Shown here piece after piece: positions 50,087 to 61,495 of a DNA stretch of 63,698 bases (within the stretch, counting starts at the first letter, position 1; every line of letters starts with the position of its first letter). The notes under the pieces are model-generated. The model did not search any database and was not told where the DNA came from. It saw only the letters and a program-made list of their open reading frames with translations. The position numbers and the translations under genes are program-made. The stretch comes from Corallochytrium limacisporum Hawaii (lineage: Eukaryota > Protista > Pluriformea), in assembly GCA_002811645.1 (NCBI GenBank), contig PDIP01000105.1, positions 62,303 through 126,000 on the forward strand, written 5' to 3'.

Positions 50087-52477
50087 TTAAAAAATGTCCG
50101 GCACGCCTTTCCAGTTGCCATCCGCCTTCATTTCCCAGTACCCACCTTTGTAGACCCATTCGTTGTCCCTTACTTTCTCGAACCAAGTGTTCTGCCACTT
50201 AGCTCCTGTCTCCTCACGTTTTCTTCGGGAGGCGCGTTGCTTCTCTTCGAGGCGGTGTTTCTCCTGGTCTGCACGGTCGAGCTCCCCTTCCTCCATGAGG
50301 CGCTGGTCCGGTCGCAGCCGAGAGTCGGTTGGAGCAACGCCAGCTTCGAGTTCGTTGAGTGTACAGGCATGGTATGTGAACCCATAGATCTTCTCATAGT
50401 TGGGCGGAAATGGGTTCACCTGCCATACGCGTTCACGGCTCCCGTCGAGCGCAATAACATCCATGTACTTATCCCAGTAACCGTCGAGGCGGTAACACAC
50501 CTTGCCTGAGCTGTCCAGCACCTCGCCCTCTACCCTGCGCACCATTTCAGTGGAGGCAAAGAATGAATATGCGTGGAACTTCATGCGACAAAGACAACCG
50601 TTCCTGCGCTCAGTGATTTCCATGGTGCCCGTATTATCGACCCAGAGCTTACCAACAATAATGTTGTGCACAAAGGTGTCCACTTTGCGCCACTGGTACT
50701 CCTCGTCAAACTCCTGGAACTTCAGATAGGTTGTGTTTAAAGGGATAATCTGCAGATACTTGCCACGGAACTTGGAGCTCATGGCGAAGCATTGGTTCAG
50801 TGTCCAATGCTTGGCCTCAGCGTGCATGGCACTAATCGGAGGATGATGACTCACCTGCTCACTTACGTACCACCATCCCTTGTCAGCACGACGATCGGCC
50901 TCGTACGTCTCGCCCAGCAGAGGGTTAAATGGCTTACCAACGCGGGTTGCGGTACTGTTGTATGGGCTCACCGTGAAGCAGGCAACAAGGGCCATGCGCA
51001 AAGCTGTATCCTGCTCCTCCGCAGCACGGTGCAGAATCTCGGCATACTCAAGATCTTCTGACAGACGCTGCAGGAAGGACGTTGGTTCGTTGAAAAATAC
51101 TGGCATGGGTATCTTGCTTAGGTCTTTGCCGATGCAGTTCTTCATGACACCCCACAGGCTCACACTACTTGCCACCTTGAGCTTCACTGTTCTTCTGCGC
51201 TCTCCTTTGAAAGGCTCCACGGGAAGTGGCGGATAGTCACCTTCCGATGTTCTCTTTCGCATAGATGCAGTGGAAAGCTGACGTCTGTGACCTTTCTCAG
51301 CATGATGATCGTCTGTGGCATCCTCGAACTCGTCCTCTTCTTCTTCCAACTCTGGCTTTTCGGAAGTAGGCATCACTACGTGTACCATTTCCTCTTCGGC
51401 TTGTTCCATAGCATCATAAAATTCCGCGGTGTCCTGGTCAAAATCACCCGCGATCGAGGCCAAGGACTTTGCTTTTTCCTTCTGAATAGTGCTTGCTGCA
51501 CGCACCTCAAGGGCAGTATGCTGGCGAGCGAGGTCCCGGAGGGCCTTTTCCAGCGATCGTTTCTTTCTTTCATGGGCCCTCTGAATCCTAAGAAAATCAC
51601 GATGCTGTGACTTCATATCGGACATGAAGTCATCACAGCTAGTTTGCAGCTTTCCGATATGTTTGTCCACTAGCGTCAAGTACTTACACAGGCCCGCTAC
51701 TTCAGGATCATCACCAAACTTGTCGTGTAACGCTTTCACACGATTCCCATGTCCCGTAAAGTACTGCTGAGATTCGTTTAGAGCGTCCCGGAAAGCGCCA
51801 AGGCTTTCACTGAAGGCACGCTCATTGATTTCCAAAATTTCATCATCACCGTAGTCGTCATCCGTATCGAGCCCCTGATCGTCACTCATGGTGTCATCCT
51901 GGGAACGAGGTTGTGAGAGACCACTGGACAGAGACGCCGGTGGTGCAATCTTTTTCATTACTTCCGCCGCCTGAGGTGTGCTCTGTGACTCTCTCGACCT
52001 CTGCTTGGCGAGCTCAAGTACTGTGATCCATTTTGCCCTTAGTTTTTCGTCCTTTGCCCTGAGATAGAATTCCATAGCACCTGTACTAATTATGAACGAA
52101 AAGCGATCGGGGCCGTGCGAGATTGTTGCGCCACGCAGTAAGATTGCACCTCGATTTGTATGATTCATCTCCTCCTTCGACCGATAGTATGTCAGAACAC
52201 CATCCTCCAGTACGAACCAACGGTCTCTGTAACCAGAAACATAGTTGGTCCACTTCAAGAGCCAGCCCTCGAAGTGTTTGGTTCGTGTCTGTACTTGATT
52301 GCTCTGCACCCTATCCGCCATTTCATTTGTTTTGGAGCCTCGCTTCCCTGGCGATGTAGAAAATGACATTGCGCCCCAGACGTTTCTCAGTTGCCCGGGA
52401 ATCGCTGCAGCCAGATTCCTCCCTTGCCCCTGCGTCTTATCGTCCGGAGAACTCTCAGTCCTAGGTGGCGAACTCAT
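50087..52477 (-). CDS. OSBP: Oxysterol-binding protein, PH-FFAT-ORD (796 aa)
   Basis: PH domain EGWLLKWTNYVSGYRDRWFVL; FFAT EFYDAME; ORD fingerprint EQVSHHPP; PTDSRLRPDQR. ATG at 52477; the track start is TTG. Confidence 0.96.
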   Translation of the reverse strand: MSSPPRTESSPDDKTQGQGRNLAAAIPGQLRNVWGAMSFSTSPGKRGSKTNEMADRVQSNQVQTRTKHFEGWLLKWTNYVSGYRDRWFVLEDGVLTYYRSKEEMNHTNRGAILLRGATISHGPDRFSFIISTGAMEFYLRAKDEKLRAKWITVLELAKQRSRESQSTPQAAEVMKKIAPPASLSSGLSQPRSQDDTMSDDQGLDTDDDYGDDEILEINERAFSESLGAFRDALNESQQYFTGHGNRVKALHDKFGDDPEVAGLCKYLTLVDKHIGKLQTSCDDFMSDMKSQHRDFLRIQRAHERKKRSLEKALRDLARQHTALEVRAASTIQKEKAKSLASIAGDFDQDTAEFYDAMEQAEEEMVHVVMPTSEKPELEEEEDEFEDATDDHHAEKGHRRQLSTASMRKRTSEGDYPPLPVEPFKGERRRTVKLKVASSVSLWGVMKNCIGKDLSKIPMPVFFNEPTSFLQRLSEDLEYAEILHRAAEEQDTALRMALVACFTVSPYNSTATRVGKPFNPLLGETYEADRRADKGWWYVSEQVSHHPPISAMHAEAKHWTLNQCFAMSSKFRGKYLQIIPLNTTYLKFQEFDEEYQWRKVDTFVHNIIVGKLWVDNTGTMEITERRNGCLCRMKFHAYSFFASTEMVRRVEGEVLDSSGKVCYRLDGYWDKYMDVIALDGSRERVWQVNPFPPNYEKIYGFTYHACTLNELEAGVAPTDSRLRPDQRLMEEGELDRADQEKHRLEEKQRASRRKREETGAKWQNTWFEKVRDNEWVYKGGYWEMKADGNWKGVPDIF

Positions 52478-53033
52478 AGGCGCCGAGCTCGTAAGTTTGA
52501 ACTGACTATCTGTCCCTTCTATGCACACCAACTAAACAGAATCGATTTGTCTACAGATCTGTAGCGTTCCTAAGTCTGCAAGTGACACACCTGGAACGTC
52601 CAAATACCAGCTACCAAACTTTTTAGCGAAAACTATTACTAGAGTTTCAATTTTTTTTGGGACGATGGGGTCTAGATACGGGCGGGTCTCACGCCTGCTT
52701 TACCGGTGTCGACTCCACCCGGCCCTGTGTCACCACCACCCGCTGCCCTTCGACAAAAGTGGAAAACTGGAAAAGGGAAGTTTGCCGGGGGGGGGAGGGA
52801 AGACTTCTTCGCTTTTTCGCATTCTGTTCCCCTCCCTCCCTCAGCCTGTTGTGCCCCCCCCAGGGCGGGGGGGGGAGGTAGCAATCCCCACCCCAGATCC
52901 ACGGGCGCGAAGCAGTAAGGAAAAGTGACTGTCCGCAGCGGAGTTTGTTATTTGACAAAGTCGATCAATATTCAACTCATCATCGATATCATAAATACTA
53001 TGTTTTCAATTGTATTGATCGAAACCAGCGTAC

Positions 53034-56000
53034 CTACCAGAATGGGCACCAGCCGATGTAGCATTGGCAGAGATTCTCGTGGCTTGTAGCCTGGATGATC
53101 AGACGTTGGACTTGCTCAGGAACCTCCAGTGTCTCATGTGGGCCAAAGTCACGCCCGGTCAGTTTGGCCTGCACACGAGTGATGACTTCTATGGCTCTTT
53201 CATTCAGGGCTTCCGGCTTTTCTACATTGTCCATACCATCAATCACCTCTGTCTCTTGCACCTGGCGGTGCTTCGAGGGTTTGTCGACGGCAGGCTTTCG
53301 GCTGCTTTCGTCCATTTCACTTTCGAGGCCTTCCTTACCGGCGTTGGAGTCACGCGTCCCGGCTTGACGCTTGCCCTTCGAGTCTACAAGACGCCAGTTG
53401 ATCAACGGATCGTATACAAAGGCCTCAAGCACGGCCATCAGACTATCCTTATTGCCGCGCAGAACTCTCATAACCGCCTCCGAAATAATGCGATAATTTC
53501 CTTCGATCCCAGACACTTCCATGACTGCGGTTAGCATGCGCGTTAAGCGGAAGGGAATCTTTTCAGGGAACTTCTCACGATGCATTGCAACCTCGAAACA
53601 GTCACCGAAATCAATGTGCAAAATTTTGCCTGTGAATCGGTGCAACATGAGGTTAGATGGGTGGCGATCTCCCAGACCGAGAATATATCCCACAATGCTC
53701 ATGGTGGCGAGAGACCGCGTATAGTTGGTACGCCGTTGCAGCCAGGACTCAGAATCCTGGGCGCGAAGCCAGAGCACCTTCGCAAGGTCAGTTCCCGCCG
53801 TGTTGTCAAGGGCGTACTGGAAGACTTCAATCTTGTTGAGCACAGGCAGATGATCGTAGTCGGGTGCCATCTGCAGCATCAAACGATGCTCAATGTTGAG
53901 CAAAATCTTGCGTGAGTCACGGTAGTCGCGGATCAATGAATGGAGAGTATCGCAATGGGAAACCCATCCAATAAGACCAGAATTTGGCGCAAGAGGCACC
54001 ACTGCATAGCGCCGGATACTCAGGTGTCTTTGGAATGTCTCTGGCGACGTGGCCAGCAGAGTATTCACTAAGCCGAACAATTGCATCACCCTCTCGTCCT
54101 GGCGCAAGTCTTCGTGTCCCTTGAGCAGGTACTGGTAACTCTTACCATCAGATCCCACAATGCTCAACTTCCTTGGACGCTGCTTCGACGTAATGACAGA
54201 TAGAGAAGATGAGAACGACTTGATGCGCACCAGTGGTTCACCAGACTGATAGGTACCAGGAACAGCCAACTCGAGGTCAGTGGCGGCCAGAAGCTTTGGC
54301 GACACAACCTGCAGCTCAAGACTGGTGAGACTCGGCAGCTGCTTGCTGATCTGGCGGAACACCTGGTAGTACAGATCCCATGCCTGCAGAATATCCTTGG
54401 AATTACGTGTGCGCTTGAACTTCCTGCACCACTCAAAGGCTTCCTTCAAGTCTTTGCCGTAGGCCTGGATGAAGTTGATCTCACGCATGGTCTCGGGGCC
54501 TCGTTCCATCATCTGATGCAATGGTTCTACGATGGCGAACATTCCCTCTACATTCTGGTCCACAAAGTACATTTTTGATGCCTCCTCCAGACCTTCATGC
54601 CACAACTCTTGCCACAGAATGGCTACTCGGATAAGCTCTTGACTGACTAGCAACGCTTGGTCTACCAAATCCTTGGAATGCTGTCGCATGTTCTCTAAAA
54701 TTGTGCTGGCTGCCTCTCGTCGGGGGACAGACTGAGACTTGGAAGCGACAGTTAGAGGGTAAATCAGAGCCTGCGGATGCTCCTTTCCAATATCCACGAG
54801 TAATTCACTGATGAGACGTCTCACATTGCGAGCTTGAGTGTGGATACGAGCAATGAGCTGAGGAATCACCTGCAGCCATGTATCAATGCTGACTGTCCGA
54901 ATCCCTCGTTCAGAGCGAATGCCTTCGCGGATGCGATCACTCACCTCTTCATGGTATCCGTACTTGAACCAGAGGGTCAAGAGACGCAGTACGTCCTGGA
55001 GACTGTTTCCCTTTAACAACGAAATGGACGAGAAGAAACCGGACACCGCAGAAGTGATATTGTCCAAATACTCCGAAATGTGGGTGCCCTGCTTTTCCTT
55101 CTGGTTCGCTGCCTCAAAGGACATGACTGCAAATGCATGCCATGCCTTGTACCACATTTGGTCCTTTTCAGTTGCTGCTTCGTAGTACGCCAGGGTTTGG
55201 CGAATCGTATCCTCTGTCATGTCCTCCTCAAGGGCCTGACACCAGTGTCCAAGATTCACATAGCACCTTGCCAGCAGCGCATCGGTCTGCTCTTCAGCAA
55301 CCCCGGCGCTGATAGTGCGGTTGAGGTGTTCCACAAATTTCTGCATGCCTTGGTAGGCGCCTTCTCTGTCTCCTTGCACCCATTTGTGCCGCAAAAACGT
55401 GTAGGCTATCTTAGGATATGCTTGGATGGGTGGTTCACGAGCTTCTGGGAGCACTCCTCCGGGAAGAAGTTGACGGATGATCTTCTCGCTGAGGTCAAGA
55501 CGGCCGCGCTTTTGGGCCAAAGCAACAAATTTCAGGAGCATGTCACGATTCTCTACAGGGGTCAAAACCATGGAATGGACACGGATGATGCGCTGCCAGA
55601 TATCCAGGTCACGTTGAACACCTTTGAGACGAGATTCCCATGTGTGACGTATGAATTCACGTCGAGTGTGGTCGCTCTTCTTGTAGAGCATGACCTCCTC
55701 GAGCTCACTTAGCATCTGGGCACGCACCACAGCATCATACGCGCGGTAGTAGGATTCACCGGCTAACGCAGTGAGCTCGACATCGAGGCGGTCACGGGTG
55801 CGCTCAATTTCCTTCTGGGCGCTACTGTTGTCGTTGACGTGCACATGGTAAACAGCCCTATAGAAATAGCCATCGAGGTGAGATTCGCCGATGATTTGGC
55901 CATACTCTTGAACACTGCGGAAGTCCTGCAGTGCGAAAGCGGCAGCCGCAGCGTCACATGCCAAGGTGCGCTTCTGATTGTCATCAAACATTATCCAGTG

Positions 56001-59000
56001 GCTGCGAACCAGGTTATGTACCTCCTCAAAGTTGCCCATGGAACCCAAACATCGCACACGACCATACAGGAGTTCAAAGTTGTTGGGATCTGTCTCCTGC
56101 TTCTTTTCATACGCTGCAAGGGCTTCATCCCAGTGTTGCAGCTTCTCGTACCACGTTTCCTGAATAGTGAATCCCAGGTCGTGATGCTTCTGCGCATAAA
56201 TCAGAATACCAGTTGCAGCCTCTGGCTGTTGTAGCTGATTATTGATGGAAATTAGGGCTTCGAAAGTATTCTGTGGAGAAATGAAAAACTCCTGCTCCTT
56301 ATAATGCAAAGCCTTCGCATATGCATGGCACTTCAGTGCATACTCTCCCAGGGTGCGCACATCTATGGGCAACGTCTTGTCGTCGTGCTCCATAAACTCT
56401 GCCAAATTCAAAAGAGTTTGCAGAATCTCCGGAGGCATGTTCGGAGACATAAGTGCGATTTCCAGAGAACGGACAAGCTCCTCTTGATGTTGCTCGTAAA
56501 GTTCAGTCCAACAGCTCACAAAAGCAGCATTGAAGAGCTCTCGAGCTAGCGGTTGGTGCACCGCAGCCAACGCAGAGCATGAGCGCAGGGACGGTGAAGG
56601 AGATTCCCGCAATAATTCAACAGAAAATCGTCGCATCCATTCCATCCAGTCTTCCTTGGTTGATCTTTGTGACGCTTCCCATGCACGTTTTAAGTTCTGT
56701 TGGTTCACGTGCAATTTCTTGATGGTCGTTCCCGTGTCAAATTTGAAACGATCGTCGTCAATTGGATTGGTACTATTCGAGAGGGCTGCATATTCATCGA
56801 GCGGCAATCGAATCCCTCTCATGATGCGCGAGACAAGCTGCTCGTAACGCGGTCGATGGATACCGTGCACAGCCATAGCTTTGGCCACCAATGGTACGAA
56901 GATAATGTAGCGATCCTGCATTTGGAGGGCCAAGATGGTTAGGCAGTCAATAACCGGGTAGTGCAAATCCGTAGGTCCAGATTCAAGAACGCGCGCAAAG
57001 GTGTGAATGAGTCTTGAACTGAAGTCAACGAAGTTGAGGCGACGGCTCAGCCGACCAATGGTCAAAACAATCTCTTTTCGAACTGCAACAGGGTGTTCAC
57101 TTGACTCTACGGAGTCTACCAGTGGCGTGATGATCAAGTGTAGGTAGTCAGTCAGATTGAGGCCGAAGACTTCCAAACAATGCAAGACCTTCAGCATTGC
57201 AGTTCGCCGTTCGCTCTTGTCATAGGTATACACTCGCATGATCTGCGGCAGCAGCTTTGACATGTGCACTTTAAATTCGGAGTCGAATGCTGAGCTGATA
57301 GACTCCAGAAGCGTGATGATGGTAATTTGACCACCGCCAGGAGTGCCCCAGTACTCTTGAATCAAGTCAAATATGTCGTTCAAGTACTCACGGATATTCT
57401 GTTTCACAATGGAAACAAGGACTCCAAGCTGCTGGAACATGAACTCCCGCAACGACTGCTCACCGGTACGCATGACCTGCAATAGAGCTGGCATAACATG
57501 TCTCAAGAATGGCACGCACTTCAGACCCAAAGACTTGAAGATGAACATCACTGCCTGAATGACTGAGTTATGATGGGCAGACTTGGACGGGTCCCTGAGA
57601 ATGCGCATGAGCGCACGAATAGCGACTGTCGGAAAGTAAGACTCGTCATTAACTGACAGATTCGAGACCAATTCCAAATTATCCAAAGAATTTGCGTCAA
57701 TGTACCCCTGGTCTGCCTTGGCGTCACTGTCCTGCAGTTCAGCCAAATTTACCCGATGCTTGTACGGGTCGAGAGCACCCAGAATGCCGAGGACCTTCAT
57801 TAGCTCCCTCCGGATATGCGGAGCCTGCTCCGACTTGAGGAAGTTCAAAATAAGATCCAGCAGATTGGGATAGATTTCATAGGGGACAATAACATAGCCC
57901 GTACTTTGGGCCAATTGTCCCAACGTTCGGATAGCCACCTCTCTCTTTGTTACACTCGATTGATCCTGCAGGGTTTCGATAATGAGTGCCATCAACGTGT
58001 TCATATACTTATCCATTTGAGATCCACCTACTTGCGCCAGTTCTCCAATGGCAGCAAGGGAATTTACCGCTAAGCCATGAGACGACTCACGCAATTTAGG
58101 TACCAGTGCATTTAGCACAGGATCTACGTATGGCTTGATCAAACCCAAAGCATTTGCAATCAAGTGGCACAAAAGTCTTGCCGATTCCTCCTTTGTCCTC
58201 GTTAGCATCGAGAATTCAAGTTCGTTCAGCAACTGAAGGAGGTATTTCCGCAACGTGGGAAGGCAGTCGGCCGGGTTGCACGCAGCCAGATGCCCAACCA
58301 TTGCCACTGCCAGCTCTCTAATCTCAAAGACTTCGTCGTTCAATGCCAGGAATATATAGCGAACCGTTTCCATCTGAGCAAGGTACTTATCAAAGCGCTT
58401 GTACAAAGATTTCAGTACCTCCAGGCGAATTGTAGGATCTGGATCCGTGATCGCAACGGACAACAGCTTTTCCAAGATATCAGGGACAATCTCTGCAGTT
58501 TGCAACACCACTGGGGCTTCCGTTTTCATATCTCCGTTCATAATGTGTCCATAGCTGTTTGCAATTTGGTCCTCATCCTTGTAGCGCTGAAGTAGTCTTG
58601 ACAGTGTGATAGCTGCCTCTTTCCTAATGTGTGGATTCGGGTTGTCCAAAAATGCTACAACATTCTCCCATACTGAGTGCGTGATAAGCTGCCCACGGAA
58701 TTCAAACACTCCCAATGTGTTCAAAGCCAATTTCATGACATGGCCTTCTGCTGACTCCTTGAGTGTACCTGAGGCACTTGACATGCTCAAGTTGATCTGT
58801 GATGATTTGATAGCCACTAAGCTTCCTCTATGACCATTCATGCCATTGGCTTTGGTCTTACCCTGGAGTGGTCTGGACAAAACGTCAGAAATAGCCTCAA
58901 GAAGCATTTCTTGCACTTCTTCTGTTGCACTTGGAAGATTTGCTGTGATCCCGGATAGTGATTCTGTCAGTTCTTGGCTCAGCCCAGAGCTAAACATCAG

Positions 59001-60182
59001 TGGAATAAGGTTGATAATCTCAGCTTCTATGTCTCTGCCTGCTCCTTTTACAAGCATACCAATGCATTGCAAAACTTGCTTTTCTGCGTGGTACTTTGCT
59101 TTTTTGTTGTGCTTGACCTGCAATTCTTGTTTCAAAGGTACGATGATTTGGTCAATGTACGGGACGATGGCAGTCTTTACTTCTACCGCAAGCTTGCCAA
59201 TGGCCTCAAAAGCTGCTCCTCGCTCTTTCGGTACCTTCAACATGGTCGTCAAAGAATTGATACAAGACTCAAGGTAGCCTTGTGTGAATGCACTCTGATT
59301 GATGGCAGCCAGTCCAGGAAGCATATCAATGACTGTCCGAGCAATGTATGGAGTCTTGTGCTCTAGGAATTGCATCACCAGTTGACAGACTTCCTCGTAT
59401 CTAAGTTCAATGAAGTCTCCAGCGACCATAATCAACTCTTCGATGATAAGTAATGATCCATGCACCATTTCGTCCTTGCTTGTGGCAGCGGCTTTCAATC
59501 CCGTTACCGAGTCTTCGTAAATTTTGTTGTACCACTGTGCCTTGATACGGTACTCCCTTTGCGCTGTAAGTTGCAAAACAGCATGCAAAGCTGCCTTCGC
59601 TCCGTCCCGAACCGACAGCTTAACGTCTTTGATGGCTACCACGATAGCATCAAAGAATGGGGCCAAATGGTTGTAGAACAAAGCGGGGGCATTGAGCGCA
59701 ATTTGTTCCAGTGTGAATACAGCACTTAAGCGTTTACTCTCAACTCGATCCGCCTGCTGTAGCCATTCAAAAGATCTCTCGCATTCAAACTGGACCATGT
59801 CTGCAGTTAAGGAACCTCCAGCAAGAACAAGCCTGCCGATCGCTCGAGAGGCAGCCAATGTGACGTGAACATCGCTGGTTGGCAACACCTCTCGGAGATA
59901 TGTATGGAACCTCGTAAATTTTTGGGTGTTTTCTTCACCTTCAATGTCAATCAATGCTTCAATCAAGGAGATTCCCCCCAATTTTTCATTGCTGTCTGAC
60001 CCCTTGGAAACGAACTCGTATATAAGCTTGTTCACCTCGTCATTAGTTTTAGAGAACACATCTCCGGATTCGTCCCGGGCAGCTGAGCTCACAGCATTAC
60101 TGATATCCTTGGCAGCATTGAGACGAACCTCTTCAGACCTGTTCCGGAGGTCGCTAACTAATTTTTGTTTAATCATTCCCAT
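53034..60182 (-). CDS. TOR: Target of rapamycin kinase (2382 aa), single exon
   Basis: HEAT repeats, FAT, FRB (LWQELWHEGLEEAS...AWDLYY), PI3K-like kinase domain (SKQRPRK, LGLGDRHPSN, IDFGDCF), FATC ending YIGWCPFW. Confidence 0.99.
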   Translation of the reverse strand: MGMIKQKLVSDLRNRSEEVRLNAAKDISNAVSSAARDESGDVFSKTNDEVNKLIYEFVSKGSDSNEKLGGISLIEALIDIEGEENTQKFTRFHTYLREVLPTSDVHVTLAASRAIGRLVLAGGSLTADMVQFECERSFEWLQQADRVESKRLSAVFTLEQIALNAPALFYNHLAPFFDAIVVAIKDVKLSVRDGAKAALHAVLQLTAQREYRIKAQWYNKIYEDSVTGLKAAATSKDEMVHGSLLIIEELIMVAGDFIELRYEEVCQLVMQFLEHKTPYIARTVIDMLPGLAAINQSAFTQGYLESCINSLTTMLKVPKERGAAFEAIGKLAVEVKTAIVPYIDQIIVPLKQELQVKHNKKAKYHAEKQVLQCIGMLVKGAGRDIEAEIINLIPLMFSSGLSQELTESLSGITANLPSATEEVQEMLLEAISDVLSRPLQGKTKANGMNGHRGSLVAIKSSQINLSMSSASGTLKESAEGHVMKLALNTLGVFEFRGQLITHSVWENVVAFLDNPNPHIRKEAAITLSRLLQRYKDEDQIANSYGHIMNGDMKTEAPVVLQTAEIVPDILEKLLSVAITDPDPTIRLEVLKSLYKRFDKYLAQMETVRYIFLALNDEVFEIRELAVAMVGHLAACNPADCLPTLRKYLLQLLNELEFSMLTRTKEESARLLCHLIANALGLIKPYVDPVLNALVPKLRESSHGLAVNSLAAIGELAQVGGSQMDKYMNTLMALIIETLQDQSSVTKREVAIRTLGQLAQSTGYVIVPYEIYPNLLDLILNFLKSEQAPHIRRELMKVLGILGALDPYKHRVNLAELQDSDAKADQGYIDANSLDNLELVSNLSVNDESYFPTVAIRALMRILRDPSKSAHHNSVIQAVMFIFKSLGLKCVPFLRHVMPALLQVMRTGEQSLREFMFQQLGVLVSIVKQNIREYLNDIFDLIQEYWGTPGGGQITIITLLESISSAFDSEFKVHMSKLLPQIMRVYTYDKSERRTAMLKVLHCLEVFGLNLTDYLHLIITPLVDSVESSEHPVAVRKEIVLTIGRLSRRLNFVDFSSRLIHTFARVLESGPTDLHYPVIDCLTILALQMQDRYIIFVPLVAKAMAVHGIHRPRYEQLVSRIMRGIRLPLDEYAALSNSTNPIDDDRFKFDTGTTIKKLHVNQQNLKRAWEASQRSTKEDWMEWMRRFSVELLRESPSPSLRSCSALAAVHQPLARELFNAAFVSCWTELYEQHQEELVRSLEIALMSPNMPPEILQTLLNLAEFMEHDDKTLPIDVRTLGEYALKCHAYAKALHYKEQEFFISPQNTFEALISINNQLQQPEAATGILIYAQKHHDLGFTIQETWYEKLQHWDEALAAYEKKQETDPNNFELLYGRVRCLGSMGNFEEVHNLVRSHWIMFDDNQKRTLACDAAAAAFALQDFRSVQEYGQIIGESHLDGYFYRAVYHVHVNDNSSAQKEIERTRDRLDVELTALAGESYYRAYDAVVRAQMLSELEEVMLYKKSDHTRREFIRHTWESRLKGVQRDLDIWQRIIRVHSMVLTPVENRDMLLKFVALAQKRGRLDLSEKIIRQLLPGGVLPEAREPPIQAYPKIAYTFLRHKWVQGDREGAYQGMQKFVEHLNRTISAGVAEEQTDALLARCYVNLGHWCQALEEDMTEDTIRQTLAYYEAATEKDQMWYKAWHAFAVMSFEAANQKEKQGTHISEYLDNITSAVSGFFSSISLLKGNSLQDVLRLLTLWFKYGYHEEVSDRIREGIRSERGIRTVSIDTWLQVIPQLIARIHTQARNVRRLISELLVDIGKEHPQALIYPLTVASKSQSVPRREAASTILENMRQHSKDLVDQALLVSQELIRVAILWQELWHEGLEEASKMYFVDQNVEGMFAIVEPLHQMMERGPETMREINFIQAYGKDLKEAFEWCRKFKRTRNSKDILQAWDLYYQVFRQISKQLPSLTSLELQVVSPKLLAATDLELAVPGTYQSGEPLVRIKSFSSSLSVITSKQRPRKLSIVGSDGKSYQYLLKGHEDLRQDERVMQLFGLVNTLLATSPETFQRHLSIRRYAVVPLAPNSGLIGWVSHCDTLHSLIRDYRDSRKILLNIEHRLMLQMAPDYDHLPVLNKIEVFQYALDNTAGTDLAKVLWLRAQDSESWLQRRTNYTRSLATMSIVGYILGLGDRHPSNLMLHRFTGKILHIDFGDCFEVAMHREKFPEKIPFRLTRMLTAVMEVSGIEGNYRIISEAVMRVLRGNKDSLMAVLEAFVYDPLINWRLVDSKGKRQAGTRDSNAGKEGLESEMDESSRKPAVDKPSKHRQVQETEVIDGMDNVEKPEALNERAIEVITRVQAKLTGRDFGPHETLEVPEQVQRLIIQATSHENLCQCYIGWCPFW

Positions 60183-60855
60183 CTTTACAGATAATTGGGA
60201 GCCTTTCCATCTGTATCTCTAATCTTCTGAATCCATTGTGATCGCTGTACACATGGGTAGAATAAATTGGTCCCTTCCCGATACCCTTACAGTACTTGCT
60301 TATCACGTATTTTGTCATCTAATTCCTAACAACTACATAGAAATCCATTCAGATCTGAAATACAACCCTACATCTCACTTTAAAATACAGAAATTCATAG
60401 TCCACATCGGCGCAGGTGCTCTCCTACTTGGTAGTCGAGCCCTCCGCTGATCCACCCCGGAGCCGTCTCTACGCGGTAGTAGGGCGCCACTGCGCGGCGG
60501 TGGTGATTCAGTGCGATACACTGTCCCACTGCTCCGGCCCCTCCCTTCCAGTAGTCCTTCGTTACTAGTGGGCGCAGCAACAGCCGAGGCGCTCCACAAC
60601 AACACCCCCCTCCCTTCCCTCTTTCTCCTTGGTTGAGATAGTCCTTCCTCCTGTATTTCTTCCTGGTTTCCTTCCTCCCTGCTTTTTATTTACGCTTGTT
60701 TCCCTCGCTCCCTCCCGTTCGGTTTCACTGCTTCCCAGCCTCTCCCCGTCTTCGATTCCGAGCACTATCCTTTCCCGCCCCGGCCCCTTCCCCAATTCCC
60801 CGTCCTCGCCACAGAAGCCGACTCGAGTGGCTGTTTCACAAACCGCTGTTGCCGG

Positions 60856-60978
60856 NNNNNNNNNNNNNNNNNNNNNNNNNNNNNNNNNNNNNNNNNNNNN
60901 NNNNNNNNNNNNNNNNNNNNNNNNNNNNNNNNNNNNNNNNNNNNNNNNNNNNNNNNNNNNNNNNNNNNNNNNNNNNNN
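60856..60978. other. Assembly gap followed by poly-G
   Basis: N run. Confidence 1.
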
Positions 60979-61495
60979 GGGGGGGGCCGGGGGAGGCTGG
61001 TACGGAGGACTGCCGGCCAGGCGCCGAAGGCCGACGAATGAGACAGAGACACGGCTGAAACCGTAGGGCGGGCCCGGGGATCTAGGTGGGTGGGGGGTGT
61101 ACACCACAGCCGACCAAGCTTCCGTAGAAAAAGAACGGGAAGCTGGAGCTGGAGACTATATCGGAATGAAGCGAAGCCCGCCCCTCCCGGGGGGGGGGGC
61201 ATGGAGTGTGGAAGGGGAGTAGCGAGAGTTGTCATTTTCATAAAAAATGTATAGGAGATGTGCGACCAACGCGGTAAGGCCCGTGCAAGCGGAGAGAGAT
61301 CGGAACGTTAGCGGTGCGATGGGTGGATGGAAGTTCATGGTCTGATAGGAGCCTGCCCGTTCTTTGTTCCACTCCGGCATCAGAAAGTCATGGTAGGTTT
61401 GATAGCAAGATAGGATGATGACAATCATGTGAAGATGGATTCTTTATTAAGGATATGCATATGGACGACGGAACAAGAGTTAGAATGATACAGAG

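Noticed and set aside
16705-52531. TTG starts in the ORF track (16800, 23372, 36540, 46568, 52531)
   Set aside because: In this eukaryotic context the downstream ATGs are the expected starts; for FARSB and TM9SF1 they also fit the family N-terminus or signal peptide.
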